A program made the translations under genes and the position numbers. From positions 57,287 to 81,286 of the forward strand of contig CAVPMA010000017.1 in NCBI GenBank assembly GCA_963706315.1: a stretch of 24,000 nucleotides of DNA, in the 5' to 3' direction. Shown here one piece after another: positions 6,703 to 14,432 of this stretch (position 1 is its first letter; every line of letters starts with the position of its first letter). This DNA is from an uncultured Thermoleophilia bacterium (GTDB taxonomy: Bacteria; Actinomycetota; Thermoleophilia; Miltoncostaeales; Miltoncostaeaceae). The notes under the pieces are model-generated. The model made no database searches, had not been told where the DNA came from, and saw only the letters and a program-made list of their open reading frames with translations.

Positions 6703-7265
6703 TCGACGACTTCCTCGTCGCGCTGGGCCGCCGCCGCGCCACCGGTGAACCGGCAAATGGCGACGAGTGCGCGCGGGCGTGCGTCACGCGGCTCAGGGCG
6801 TGGGGCGCCCAACGGGTGATCGTTCCCGACGATCCATGGCTGGCCCGGCTCGGGATCCCCGCGGCGATCGAAGCGGCGGGAATGGAGGTCGTGACGTGGC
6901 CAACGGGCCGCGGCTGGCGCGAGCTGCTCGGACTCGACGACGCTCCGCCCACCTGCGCCGTCACGGTGCCCCGGCGCGCGGTCGCCGAACGCGGCACGCT
7001 GGTGGTCGAGAGCGCTCCCACGCACGGGCGCTCGATGGATGCGGTCGGCTGGTGGCATCTGGCGGTGCTGCCCGAGGAGCGAATCGTCGCGACCCTGGCG
7101 GTGGCCCTCCGCGAGACCTACGCCCCCGGCCGCCGCCCGCCGTCCGGCGTCTCGCTGGTGTCAGGCCCCAGCCGGACCTCCGACGTGGAGAAGATCACGA
7201 CCTACGGCGCGCACGGTGCGCTCGCCGAGCACGTGGTCGTCGTCAGATCTTCCCCGTCCGGGTGA
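6684..7265 (+). CDS. lutC: Lactate utilization protein C (LUD domain)
   Basis: 193 aa from ATG 6684 (MAADALIDDFLVALGRRR...), the in-frame tail of track ORF 5739..7265. LutC/YkgG-like end: ...SGPSRTSDVEKITTYGAHGALAEHVVVV. It overlaps the lutB 3' end by 19 nt. Confidence 0.85.
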   Translation: MAADALIDDFLVALGRRRATGEPANGDECARACVTRLRAWGAQRVIVPDDPWLARLGIPAAIEAAGMEVVTWPTGRGWRELLGLDDAPPTCAVTVPRRAVAERGTLVVESAPTHGRSMDAVGWWHLAVLPEERIVATLAVALRETYAPGRRPPSGVSLVSGPSRTSDVEKITTYGAHGALAEHVVVVRSSPSG

Positions 7266-7674
7266 GGTACTGACCGGCCGCGATCCCGACCGCCCCGACG
7301 AGCGCGACGAAGATGCCCCACTTGAGCGACGCGCCGTCGGGCTGGATGACGATCCGGAACAGGACCGCGATGGCGGCGACACCGCCGATCGTCTCGACGA
7401 AGCGGTGGAGCGACGCGTCGATCCTGTCCATCGCCACGAGCACGATCAGCGCCGCGGCACCGATCGCGAGGAGCAGCAGGACGATGTCGATGAAGTCGAA
7501 GGCCTCGAACGCGTTGACCGACACCCCGTCCACGATCTGACGCACCGCGTCGGCCGCCGGCCCCTGCCCGAGGAAGTCCGTCTCGATCCCGTACCAGGGC
7601 AGGAACAGCGCGATGAACAGCACGACCGCCCCGGCGAGCGAGATGCGGTCACCCTTTGCGATGCGTTCCAGCAT
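7243..7674 (-). CDS. Hypothetical integral membrane protein (about 4 TM helices)
   Basis: 143 aa with four hydrophobic stretches (AGAVVLFIALFLPWY, IVLLLLAIGAAALIVLVA, IGGVAAIAVLFRIVI, GIFVALVGAVGIAAG). Good SD (GGAACGAGG) 4-12 nt upstream of the ATG. It lies 88 nt downstream of smpB on the same strand. No family recognised. Confidence 0.6.
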   Translation of the reverse strand: MLERIAKGDRISLAGAVVLFIALFLPWYGIETDFLGQGPAADAVRQIVDGVSVNAFEAFDFIDIVLLLLAIGAAALIVLVAMDRIDASLHRFVETIGGVAAIAVLFRIVIQPDGASLKWGIFVALVGAVGIAAGQYLTRTGKI

Positions 7675-7762
7675 TGCCTCGTTCCTTTGTCGAGATTCGC
7701 CACCGGCCGGCGGGCGGGTCCGACTGGATGTTCGACGCAGGCCGGCGACGGACCTCCGTGGA

Positions 7763-8239
7763 TCAGCGGCGGGCGGCTTTCATCGCGCGATCGGTGTCGC
7801 GCTTGGCGTCGCGCTCGGCGATGGCGCGGCGCTTGTCGTACAGCTTCTTCCCCCGGCCGAGGCCGATCTCCACCTTCGCGTGGCTGCCCTTGAAGTAGAC
7901 GCGCAGGGGCACGACCGACAGCCCGCGTTCCTTGACGTCTGCCGAGATCCGGTCCAGCTCCCGGCGGTTGAGCAGGAGCTTGCGGGTCCTGGTGGGCTCG
8001 TGCCCGTTGCGTGCGTTGAAGTACTCGGGGATGTGGAGGCCGATCAGGTACAGCTCGCCGTCGCGGAACTGCGCGTACGCGTCGCGGATGCTCGCGCCGC
8101 GCTCGCGGAGGCCCTTGACCTCGCTGCCCACCAGCACGATGCCCGCCTCGATCCGGTCGGTGATCTCGAACTCGTGGAACGCCTTGCGATTCTGGGCGAC
8201 GTCGCGGAACCGCTCTGTGCTGGTCTTCTTCGCGGCCAT
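7763..8239 (-). CDS. smpB: SsrA-binding protein SmpB
   Basis: 158 aa: ...NRKAFHEFEITDRIEAGIVLVGSEVKGLRERGASIRDAYAQFRDGELYLIGLHIPEY...TRTRKLLLNRRELDRI...GLSVVPLRVYFKGSHAKVEIGLGRGKKLYDKR..., canonical SmpB. Confidence 0.96.
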   Translation of the reverse strand: MAAKKTSTERFRDVAQNRKAFHEFEITDRIEAGIVLVGSEVKGLRERGASIRDAYAQFRDGELYLIGLHIPEYFNARNGHEPTRTRKLLLNRRELDRISADVKERGLSVVPLRVYFKGSHAKVEIGLGRGKKLYDKRRAIAERDAKRDTDRAMKAARR

Positions 8240-8276
8240 GACCGTTCGATGCTAGCGCCCTGAGTCGCAGCGCCCG

Positions 8277-10010
8277 CTAGCGCCGGCGCTGTCGCCGGCC
8301 GTGCCGAGCGAGCCCCGGAGTGGGAGGGGGAGCGTCGGCGGGAGCCAGATCGACGCGCCCGCGGAGGGGCTCGACGTCGACCACCCGCACCGAGACGGGA
8401 TCCCCGATCGCGATGCGCCGGCCCGTGTCGTCGCCCACGAGCATCACGTCGAGCGGGTCGGGCCGCCACCAGTCGCCCTCGATCCTCCGAGCGGCGAGGT
8501 ACCCGTCGAACGCGAGGTCGGGACCGTGGGCGACGAACGCTCCGCTCTCGCCGATGCCGGTGACCTCGCCGTCGAAGATCCGGTCGGGGTCGCCTCGCAG
8601 GACGTCGATGAGCAGGAAGGCGAGGCAGACCCGGTCCGCCCGTCGCTCGAGTGCCGTGGCGTCGCGCTCGGCGAGCGAGCTGCGCTCGGCCTCGATCGCG
8701 AGCTCCGTCGCGTCGGCGGCGGGCGGGCCGAGGCCGAGCGCGTCGAGCAGGGCGCGATGGGCGGCCAGGTCGGGATACCTGCGGATCGGCGAGGTGAAGT
8801 GCAGGTACGCGGTGCTCGCGAGGCCCGAGTGCCCGACGAACTCGGCGGAATAGTGGGCCTGCCTCAGCGCCCGCAGCACGAGCACCGGGAGGGCGCGGGC
8901 GCCGCCGTGGCGGGCCGTATGAGCCACGACCGCTTGGCTCGCGCGCACGGACGCCTGCGCGCACTGCCCCGGGGTGAGGGGCCCCTCCGGCAGCTCGGGA
9001 ACGGCCACGCCCAGTGCCGCGAGTCGCTCGTAGAGCAGCTCGATGCTGCCCGCCTGAGGGTCCTCGTGGCGGCGGAAGATCGTCGGACGCCCGCGGGCGA
9101 TCATGTACCTGGCGACCGCCTCGTTCGCGGCGATCATGCATTCCTCGACGAGGCTGTGCGCCTCGGTCTGGCCTTCCATCTCGACGCCGACCAGGCGCTC
9201 GCCGTCGAACCGGAACGTGGGCTCCGCCGTCTCGATGCCCAGCGCGCCGCGGGCCATGCGCCGCCTGCGCAGCCGCGCGGCCAGCGTGCGCAGGAGGTCG
9301 AGATCCGCCTCCAGCCCGACGTCGCCGAGCGAGCCTCCGGCAAACAGACGGTCGACTTCGGGGTACGTAAGCCGGCGGCGCGAATGGATCGTCGATCTCG
9401 CGAAACGCGTCTCGGTGACCTCACCGGCCGCGTCGACGCGCATCTCGGCGGTCACGACCTTGCGATCCGCCCCGGGCCGCAGGCTGCAGATGTCGTTCGA
9501 CAAGACCTGGGGAAGCATCGGATCGACGGTGCCTGGCACGTAGACCGAACAGCCCCGGCGAGCGGCCTCGCGATCGATCGGACCGCCGAACGGCACGTAT
9601 CTGGCAACGTCGGCGATGTGCACCCACAGCCGGATCGCATCGCCCTCGGCGGCGACGGCGATCGCGTCGTCGTGGTCCTTGGCGCCCTCCGGGTCGATCG
9701 TGATGACCCGTTGTTCCGTGAGGTCGCGGCGCCCGGCGTCCTCGACGGCGGCCTGCTCGACGGCGGCGTCGGCCTCTGCGAGGACCGCCGTGGGGAACGG
9801 CCGGCCCAGTCCCTCGCTCGCCAGGAGCGCGGCCATGGCCGCCCGCGGCGACCGCGCGGAGCCGTGCACCGCGACCACGCGGGGGCCTCCGCGGCTAACG
9901 AGAGCGGTGACGAGGTCGCCGATCCGCCCATCGCGCCCCTGCTTTCCGAGGCGAAGCGGCGGCCCCGACTCGAAGGCGGGCTCGACGGCGAGGCTGCGGC
10001 CGGCGCCCAC
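8277..10010 (-). CDS. rnr: RNase R / RNase II-family 3'-5' exoribonuclease (RNB domain + C-terminal S1 + basic tail)
   Basis: RNB motifs ITIDPEGAKDHDDAIAV and HSGLASTAYLHFTSPIRRYPDLAAHRAL. S1-like C-terminus (GEVTGIGESGAFVAH...DPVSVRVVDVEPLRGRVDL) and a basic tail, RHGRRQRRR. Only about 100 aa precede the RNB domain. The frame stays open upstream of GTG 10010 to beyond the stop of the neighbouring gene, so the start is uncertain. Confidence 0.88.
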   Translation of the reverse strand: MGAGRSLAVEPAFESGPPLRLGKQGRDGRIGDLVTALVSRGGPRVVAVHGSARSPRAAMAALLASEGLGRPFPTAVLAEADAAVEQAAVEDAGRRDLTEQRVITIDPEGAKDHDDAIAVAAEGDAIRLWVHIADVARYVPFGGPIDREAARRGCSVYVPGTVDPMLPQVLSNDICSLRPGADRKVVTAEMRVDAAGEVTETRFARSTIHSRRRLTYPEVDRLFAGGSLGDVGLEADLDLLRTLAARLRRRRMARGALGIETAEPTFRFDGERLVGVEMEGQTEAHSLVEECMIAANEAVARYMIARGRPTIFRRHEDPQAGSIELLYERLAALGVAVPELPEGPLTPGQCAQASVRASQAVVAHTARHGGARALPVLVLRALRQAHYSAEFVGHSGLASTAYLHFTSPIRRYPDLAAHRALLDALGLGPPAADATELAIEAERSSLAERDATALERRADRVCLAFLLIDVLRGDPDRIFDGEVTGIGESGAFVAHGPDLAFDGYLAARRIEGDWWRPDPLDVMLVGDDTGRRIAIGDPVSVRVVDVEPLRGRVDLAPADAPPPTPGLARHGRRQRRR

Positions 10011-10057
10011 CAGCGTGCCGGTGACCAGCGTGCCCGGCCGCTGGCCGCGTTCGCGGC

Positions 10058-11281
10058 TCAGCGGGTCGTCACCTCGGCGACGGCCTTCTGGAGCGCCTCG
10101 TCCGCGGGGGTCGTGGGGTTGTCGACCACCGAGACGTCGGGCGGCAGCCCCTTGGCCCCCAGGTCGAAGCCGTCGGGCGTGAGATACGACGCGACGGTGA
10201 ACTTGAGCGCGCCGCCGTTGGCCAGCGAACGCGTGGACTGGATGAGCGCCTTGCCGAACGTGTGCGTGCCGACCAGCTTCGCCCGCCCGTCGTCGTGGAG
10301 TGCACCGGCAACGATCTCACTTGAGCTCGCGGAGTTCTGGTCGACGAGGACCACCAGGGGCACGTGGGGCTCGATGGCCCCTCCTCGTGCCTTCAGCGTG
10401 TCGTTCGGGCCGCTGCGGCCGCGGGTGGTGGCGATCGTCGCGTTCTTCGGCAGGAAGACGCTCGCAACGCCGATCGCCTCGTCCACCAGGCCCCCGCCGT
10501 CGCCGCGCAGGTCGAACACCAGGCCGTCGACCTTGTCGTCGACGAGTCGCCGCACGGCCGCCGAGAATGCCTTGGCCGACCCGGCGGTGAACTCGTCGAG
10601 GTGGATGTAGCCGACGCGCTTGCCGCCGGACGTCACGATCCGCGACTCGACCACCGGCCGCCGGATCTCGGCCCGCTTCATGACGTAGTCGCGCTGCGCC
10701 GCGCCCGTGCGGGCGATGCGGAGGGTCACGTCGGTGCCCTCCACACCCTTGACGGTCTGCATCGCCGCGAATCCATCGGCGCGGGCGACCTTCTTACCGT
10801 CCACCGCGACGATGCGATCGGCCGCCCGGATACCGGCCTTGGCCGCCGGCCCCTCGGGGAACACGCGGAGGATCAGCGCCTGATCGCCCTGCGGATGCCA
10901 CTCGATGCCCACGCCGACGTACTTCCCGGCGCGGGCGTCCTTGAACTGGTTGAACTGGTCGGGATCCAGGTACTCGGTGTAGGGGTCGCCGAGCTCCGCG
11001 ACCAACGCGTCGACCGACTTGTTCTCGACCCGCTTGACGACCGCGGGCGACAGCGGCTTGTAGTAGCTGTCCTCGAGGATCCCGAGGACCTGCGTCGAGA
11101 TCGCCGTCCGGTCCTCGTCGACCAGACGGTCACGAACCCCGCCCGGCAGCTGGTCCAGCCCCGTCTGGCGCGGATGGCCGCCGACCCAGACCCCCACCAC
11201 GAAGATGAGCAGGACGAGCAGCACGGTGAGTGCCACGCTCGCGAATCGAAGCGCCCCCCTCTTGTTTCGCGAGTCGTCCAC
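10058..11281 (-). CDS. S41-family carboxyl-terminal processing (tail-specific-type) peptidase with N-terminal membrane anchor and PDZ domain
   Basis: 407 aa. TM anchor FASVALTVLLVLLIFVVGVWV, a PDZ-like region (GIEWHPQGDQALILRVFPEGPAAKAGIRAADRIVAVDG) and the S41 catalytic region (LVVLVDQNSASSSEIVAGALHD...GTHTFGKALIQS). GTG start. Confidence 0.9.
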   Translation of the reverse strand: MDDSRNKRGALRFASVALTVLLVLLIFVVGVWVGGHPRQTGLDQLPGGVRDRLVDEDRTAISTQVLGILEDSYYKPLSPAVVKRVENKSVDALVAELGDPYTEYLDPDQFNQFKDARAGKYVGVGIEWHPQGDQALILRVFPEGPAAKAGIRAADRIVAVDGKKVARADGFAAMQTVKGVEGTDVTLRIARTGAAQRDYVMKRAEIRRPVVESRIVTSGGKRVGYIHLDEFTAGSAKAFSAAVRRLVDDKVDGLVFDLRGDGGGLVDEAIGVASVFLPKNATIATTRGRSGPNDTLKARGGAIEPHVPLVVLVDQNSASSSEIVAGALHDDGRAKLVGTHTFGKALIQSTRSLANGGALKFTVASYLTPDGFDLGAKGLPPDVSVVDNPTTPADEALQKAVAEVTTR

Positions 11282-11328
11282 CCCGTCCGATGATAGGTCA
11301 GGACCGGCGGAGCTCGGCGAAGGAATTG

Positions 11329-12228
11329 TTAGACCTTGAGGAAGCGGCGGAGGGTGATGCCGCTGCCGAGCGCCCCGAGGACGGCGCCGGAGAGCACCAG
11401 GATGAGCGCCAGCGGCGGCAGGCCGATCGTCGAGTCGGTCTGCTGCTGAAGCGGGCTGTCACTGAGATCGAGCAGGCGGTCGACGACGGTGATCTTCGCG
11501 AGCAGGATCAGGACGACCGCGGCGATCGCGCCGATGAGCCCGAAGATCAGGCCCTCGATCATGAACGGCCATCGGATGAACCAGTTCGTGGCGCCGACGA
11601 GGCGCATCACCTCCACTTCCCGCCGCCGGGCGAAGATCGACAGACGGATGGTGTTGCCGATCAGCAGGATCGCGGCGATGACGAGGATCAGCATCAATCC
11701 GAAAGCGCCCCACCGGAGCACCCTGGCGGCCGACAGGAAGTTGCTCGTCGTCTCCTGATCGACGCTGAAGCCGTCCGGCGACTGCTTGTCCTTGAGCCAA
11801 TAGGACTTGTCTTTGAGGTCATCGACGATCTTCTGCTGGTTCTTCGGGTCGTCCGGCTTGATGATGATGGTGGCCGGGAACGGGTTCTCGGTGAGGAGGT
11901 CGAGCACGTTGCCGAGGCGCTCTCGCTCACGCCGAAGCACCTCGTCGGCGGAGAGGAACTCGATGCTCTTGACGTTCGGGTGGGTCTGCACGGCCTTGAC
12001 GGCCGCGTCGATATCCGCCGAGGTGGCCGTGGTGGCGATAAACGCGCGCAGGTCGAGCTTGTCCTTCTGCGCGTCGATCTGCGACTGGCTCCACGAGAAC
12101 ACGGCGAGGAAGATGCCGAGCGTTGCGATCGCGATCAGCACCGTCGCGGTCGCGGCGAACGAGATCGCGGCGTTCGCCCGGATCGACCGGAGCGCCTCGA
12201 GGGAGAAGAATCGGAGACGGCCGCCCAT
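11329..12228 (-). CDS. ftsX: Cell-division ABC transporter permease-like protein FtsX
   Basis: 299 aa with FtsX topology: one N-terminal TM, an extracellular domain and three C-terminal TMs. Motif ...VEVMRLVGATNWFIRWPFMIEG... It starts 5 nt after the ftsE stop. Confidence 0.92.
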   Translation of the reverse strand: MGGRLRFFSLEALRSIRANAAISFAATATVLIAIATLGIFLAVFSWSQSQIDAQKDKLDLRAFIATTATSADIDAAVKAVQTHPNVKSIEFLSADEVLRRERERLGNVLDLLTENPFPATIIIKPDDPKNQQKIVDDLKDKSYWLKDKQSPDGFSVDQETTSNFLSAARVLRWGAFGLMLILVIAAILLIGNTIRLSIFARRREVEVMRLVGATNWFIRWPFMIEGLIFGLIGAIAAVVLILLAKITVVDRLLDLSDSPLQQQTDSTIGLPPLALILVLSGAVLGALGSGITLRRFLKV

Positions 12229-12233
12229 CGTGC

Positions 12234-13181
12234 TTACTGATCTCCCACTTGGTAGGCGCCGCGGCGCTGGTCTCGTACGAGCTTGCCCGCGGCGAGCTCG
12301 ATCACGCGCATCTGCATCTTGTCGACGAGGTCACGGTCGTGCGTGGCCATCACCACGGTCGTGCCGGTGCGGTTGATGCGGTAGAGCAGCTGCATGATGC
12401 CGATCGAGGTCTCCGGGTCGAGGTTCCCCGTGGGCTCGTCGGCGATCAGGAGCGCCGGATGGTTCACGAAGGCGCGAGCGATCGAGACGCGCTGCTGCTC
12501 ACCGCCCGACAGCTCGTTGGGGAAGCGGCTCGCCTTCTCCGCGAGGCCAACGAGCGCGAGCATCTCAGGGACCTTGCGGCGGATCGCCCGCGGCGAGTCG
12601 CCGGTCACCTCGAGGGCGTAGGCGACGTTCTCCGCGACGGTCCGGCGGGGAAGCAGCTTGTAGTCCTGAAAGACGCAGCCGATCTCGCGCCGCAGGTACG
12701 GGACCTTGTGCTTGTGCAGCTTGCCGAGATCGCGGGCGCCGACAATGAGCCGCCCCTCGGTGACGTCGAGCTCCTTGATGAGGAGCCGGACGAAGGTCGA
12801 CTTGCCGGACCCGCTCGCGCCGACGAGGAACACGAACTCGCCCGCGTCGATCGTCAGCGACACGTCGTCGAGCGCGAGCACGTCGGGCGGGTACTGCTTG
12901 GTGACGTGGTCGAACACCACCATCGGGCCCTCGCCCGGGCGCAGCATCGAGCGGCTCCGCCGACCGCGGCCACGGACCGGAGACGCCGGAGCGGTTGCGG
13001 GCTCGACGGCGTCGTTCCAGAGCTCGTCGATGGTGGGTTCGGCGATCGGCGCGCCGTTGCCGGCGGGCGCTTCGATCCCGTTGGGCGCCGGAGGCTGCGG
13101 GATCTCGCCGTTCTCATTTTCGCTGCTCGTGGCGATATTTCTCTGCGGGTTCGGGTCCAATGAGTCAGCCAGGGTATCCAT
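12234..13181 (-). CDS. ftsE: Cell-division ATP-binding protein FtsE, with a possible ~85-aa N-terminal extension
   Basis: The ABC ATPase core starts at [11 protein letters not shown]... with Walker [10 protein letters not shown], signature LSGGEQQRV and Walker B LLIADEPT. The Pro/Ala/Asn-rich segment upstream of the core stays in frame with high GC3 from ATG 13181. Alternative internal starts are ATG about 12942 (MLRPGEGP) or about 12918 (MVVFDH). Confidence 0.9.
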   Translation of the reverse strand: MDTLADSLDPNPQRNIATSSENENGEIPQPPAPNGIEAPAGNGAPIAEPTIDELWNDAVEPATAPASPVRGRGRRSRSMLRPGEGPMVVFDHVTKQYPPDVLALDDVSLTIDAGEFVFLVGASGSGKSTFVRLLIKELDVTEGRLIVGARDLGKLHKHKVPYLRREIGCVFQDYKLLPRRTVAENVAYALEVTGDSPRAIRRKVPEMLALVGLAEKASRFPNELSGGEQQRVSIARAFVNHPALLIADEPTGNLDPETSIGIMQLLYRINRTGTTVVMATHDRDLVDKMQMRVIELAAGKLVRDQRRGAYQVGDQ

Positions 13182-13282
13182 GGTTTCTCGATCCTGTCAA
13201 CCGATCGGGTGCGCCTCGGCGGCCGTTCTCACTGTGTTCGGAGTGCTGCAGGGGACACCTGCCGTGAACCGGTCCTCGCGGG

Positions 13283-14416
13283 TCAGGATGCGGCGGAACG
13301 CCCCTTGGCGCGCCGTTCGAGCTCCGCCCGGATGAACCCGTCGAGGTCCCCGTCCAGCACGGCTTGCGCGTTCCCCACCTCGTGCCCGGTACGAAGGTCC
13401 TTCACCATCGTGTAGGGGTGGATGACGTACGAGCGGATCTGGCTGCCGAAGCCGATCGTCTGCGAGTCGCCCCGCAGTCTGGCGGCCTCCGCCTCCCGCC
13501 GCTCCAGCTCCATCTGCACCATGCGCGACCGCAGCATCGCCATCGCGGTCGCCCGATTCTGCAGCTGCGAGCGCTCGTTTTGGCACTGCACCACGATCTT
13601 GGTGGGCAGGTGGGTGATGCGGACCGCCGACTCCGTCTTGTTGACGTGCTGCCCGCCCGCCCCGCTGGCGCGGTAGGTGTCGATCTTCAGGTCCTTCTCG
13701 TCGATGTCGACGTCCACCGAGTCGTCGACGAGCGGCGCGACCTCGACGGCCGCGAACGACGTCTGCCGGCGATGCGCCGAATCGAACGGCGACAGCCGCA
13801 CCAGCCGGTGAACGCCCTGCTCCGCGGAGAGCAGGCCGTAGGCGTTGCGGCCCTCCACGGTGAACGTGGCGCTCTTGATACCCGCCTCGCCGCCCTCCTG
13901 GGCCTCCTTGAGGTCCGTCTTCAGGCGGCGATGGCCGGCCCACCGCGTGTACATGCGAAGGAGCATCTCCGCCCAGTCCTGGGCGTCGGTGCCACCCTCG
14001 CCGGCGTTGATGGTCACAACGGCGTTGCCGGCGTCGTGCTCGCCGCTGAAGAGCCGCTCCTCCTCGAGCGCCGCGAGATGAGCGTCAGCGCGGTCGAGGG
14101 TCTCGTCGAGCTCCTCGAGGAACTCCGGGTCCTCGTCGCCTGCCATCTCCAGGAGCTCTCCGGCGTCCGAGAGCTCGCGCGTGAGCTCGCGGAAGTCGGC
14201 GAGCCGCTGCGTCGCCGCTGCGTGGGCCGACGACGTTCTCGCCGCCGCCTTCTGGTCGTCCCAGAACCCTGGGGCTTGCATCGCCTGCTCCAGCTCCCCG
14301 ATCTGACCTTCCAGCGCGTCGGGATCGAGGTAGTCGCCGAGTTGCGCGGCCCGCTCACGCAGTGACTCGAGTCTGGGCGACAGCTCCTCGACGCTGACTT
14401 GACCTTCGGTTGCCAT
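13283..14416 (-). CDS. prfB: Peptide chain release factor 2
   Basis: 377 aa with the SPF tripeptide (RLSPFDS) and the GGQ motif (RASGAGGQHVNKTESAVRITH). It is a single uninterrupted ORF with no +1 frameshift site. Strong SD GGGGGAG before the ATG. Confidence 0.96.
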   Translation of the reverse strand: MATEGQVSVEELSPRLESLRERAAQLGDYLDPDALEGQIGELEQAMQAPGFWDDQKAAARTSSAHAAATQRLADFRELTRELSDAGELLEMAGDEDPEFLEELDETLDRADAHLAALEEERLFSGEHDAGNAVVTINAGEGGTDAQDWAEMLLRMYTRWAGHRRLKTDLKEAQEGGEAGIKSATFTVEGRNAYGLLSAEQGVHRLVRLSPFDSAHRRQTSFAAVEVAPLVDDSVDVDIDEKDLKIDTYRASGAGGQHVNKTESAVRITHLPTKIVVQCQNERSQLQNRATAMAMLRSRMVQMELERREAEAARLRGDSQTIGFGSQIRSYVIHPYTMVKDLRTGHEVGNAQAVLDGDLDGFIRAELERRAKGRSAAS

Positions 14417-14432
14417 CTCCCCCGCCAGTCGC

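Noticed and set aside
13283-14416. Programmed +1 frameshift site in prfB.
   Set aside because: RF2 is encoded as one uninterrupted 377-aa ORF. There is no in-frame UGA near codon 25 (LGDYLDPDALEG reads straight through) and no CUU UGA C motif, so autoregulatory frameshifting is absent here, as in many high-GC Gram-positives.
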